This document shows, piece after piece, positions 62,910 to 64,000 of a stretch of 64,000 nt of DNA. The notes under the pieces were generated by a model. The model did no database searches, was not told where the DNA came from, and saw nothing but the letters and a program-made list of their open reading frames with translations. The DNA comes from Nitrosopumilus sp. (GTDB taxonomy: Archaea; Thermoproteota; Nitrososphaeria; Nitrososphaerales; Nitrosopumilaceae), in the NCBI GenBank assembly GCA_965223425.1, contig OZ245003.1:1920001-1984000 (forward strand), in the 5' to 3' direction. The translations under genes were made by a program, and so were the position numbers. Numbering within the stretch: the first letter of the stretch is position 1; each line of letters starts with the position of its first letter.

Positions 62910-63071
62910 AGTTGATTGTTAAGTGGGGAACCGGCCTTAAAAATCACCCCAGCCTCGATATGTCAGGCCCTAAGATTCTTTTGCAGGAATAACTGAACTG
63001 CCTTTGATTCCTACACCTAACCTGGATTATCACATGGATGAAACTTTTTTCAAGAATTCCTAGCTAAAGTA

Positions 63072-63151
63072 TTATTTTTTTTTTTCAATCAAGTCAGGAC
63101 AGTTAATTTCATCAAATATTGCAATCACGTTGTCGCACCCAATACCCTCAA
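63072..63151 (-). pseudogene. possible PIN-domain toxin N-terminal remnant
   Basis: With one frameshift reads MRVLGATT/VIAIFDEINCPDLIEK and stops after an A-run; directly downstream of an antitoxin-like gene. Confidence 0.35.
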
Positions 63152-63152
63152 T

Positions 63153-63740
63153 TTATCCTAGAACAGCTATTCCTTTTTCTTTCATTTTATCAATAATATG
63201 ATCTTGGGGCTTGTTCAACAACTCAGCTGCCCGTTGAGCACTAATTTTCTGTTTTTTTATCAAGGACAGAATATAATCTTCCATGTATGGTTTTAGATTT
63301 TCGTATTCTATAGATTCTTCAGTCATATCCGGATAGGCCAAATAAACATATGCCAACAATTCTTTACTGGTAAGATCATTTAGGAACTCCTTGTATTCAT
63401 CTAATGCTCTTAGGATGCTTTTATTCTCATTTTTCACAATTTCTTTTGCAATTTCTTTTCCTTCTCTGGTGACTGCGATTTCTTCAGGACTAATTGACAG
63501 CACTCCTATTTTTTCCAAATATTGTGACTCTTGATCAATGACTTTACTGTATGGCCCATAATTATCAGCATCATAACTGCCCTGCTCTTTAATTTCATCA
63601 ATTTTGTCAGATAGTAAAAACATCATTTTTTGAAGTTTAGTTTGTCCTTTGATTGGTTCATCACTAGCATACGCTAGCAAAATAATGTATTTCTGTAACT
63701 TGTCATTGTTTTCCAATACTTTTTCTTTGACTCCTGCCAT
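63153..63740 (-). CDS. antitoxin-like protein: SocA/DUF4065-like N-domain plus UPF0175-like HTH
   Basis: G.TKLQK..FL and YGPYS motifs; C-terminal KISAQRAAELL. Confidence 0.7.
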   Translation of the reverse strand: MAGVKEKVLENNDKLQKYIILLAYASDEPIKGQTKLQKMMFLLSDKIDEIKEQGSYDADNYGPYSKVIDQESQYLEKIGVLSISPEEIAVTREGKEIAKEIVKNENKSILRALDEYKEFLNDLTSKELLAYVYLAYPDMTEESIEYENLKPYMEDYILSLIKKQKISAQRAAELLNKPQDHIIDKMKEKGIAVLG

Positions 63741-64000
63741 TCTCCTAACAAAATAACTACTCGTCGGGCATATACATGCTCTTCAATATTTTATCTCATT
63801 TTCTGAATCTCTTTCCATTTGGCCATGCACAGGATACAAGGGGTTTTCAAGGCAGATTTGGCTCTAATTTGATAATTTTTGAGGGAGAGGTTATTTCTTG
63901 ATTGACAGTTGGGTTGCCTGATGACATAGGAAAAAAATTAGCTGTTATTGGAATCCTTTTTCTGCCTGCTTTAATTGCGTGGTCATCCAGCATTGAATTA

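Noticed and set aside
63741-64000. Partial upstream gene
   Set aside because: No long open frame or recognisable motif at the window edge.

Overview
Archaeal chromosome segment from an ammonia-oxidising archaeon (Nitrosopumilaceae-like). This rests on the core genes (aIF-1A, ScpA/B, S8e, SRP19, Gar1, two TFBs, SufC, heme genes, CofC/D, SUI1, intron-containing tRNA-Leu) and thaumarchaeal C-terminal surface domains. IS proliferation, microsatellites, pseudogenes and a GC-rich 23.5-kb gene for a 7,840-aa modular surface protein suggest a host-associated lineage such as a sponge symbiont (inference). Layout: a nested IS graveyard (1-5.5 kb), the giant adhesin-like gene (7.9-31.5 kb), a core gene block (32-45.9 kb), then accessory patches. 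The top candidate for a new system is at 47.5-49.5 kb. There, an IS110 RuvC-like DEDD domain with intact catalytic residues is fused in frame to a tyrosine-recombinase catalytic domain. It is preceded by a ~180-nt non-coding leader that folds into two similar stem-loops with large internal loops, the architecture of an IS110 bridge RNA. All calls come from reading motifs by eye; no database searches or folding programs were run.
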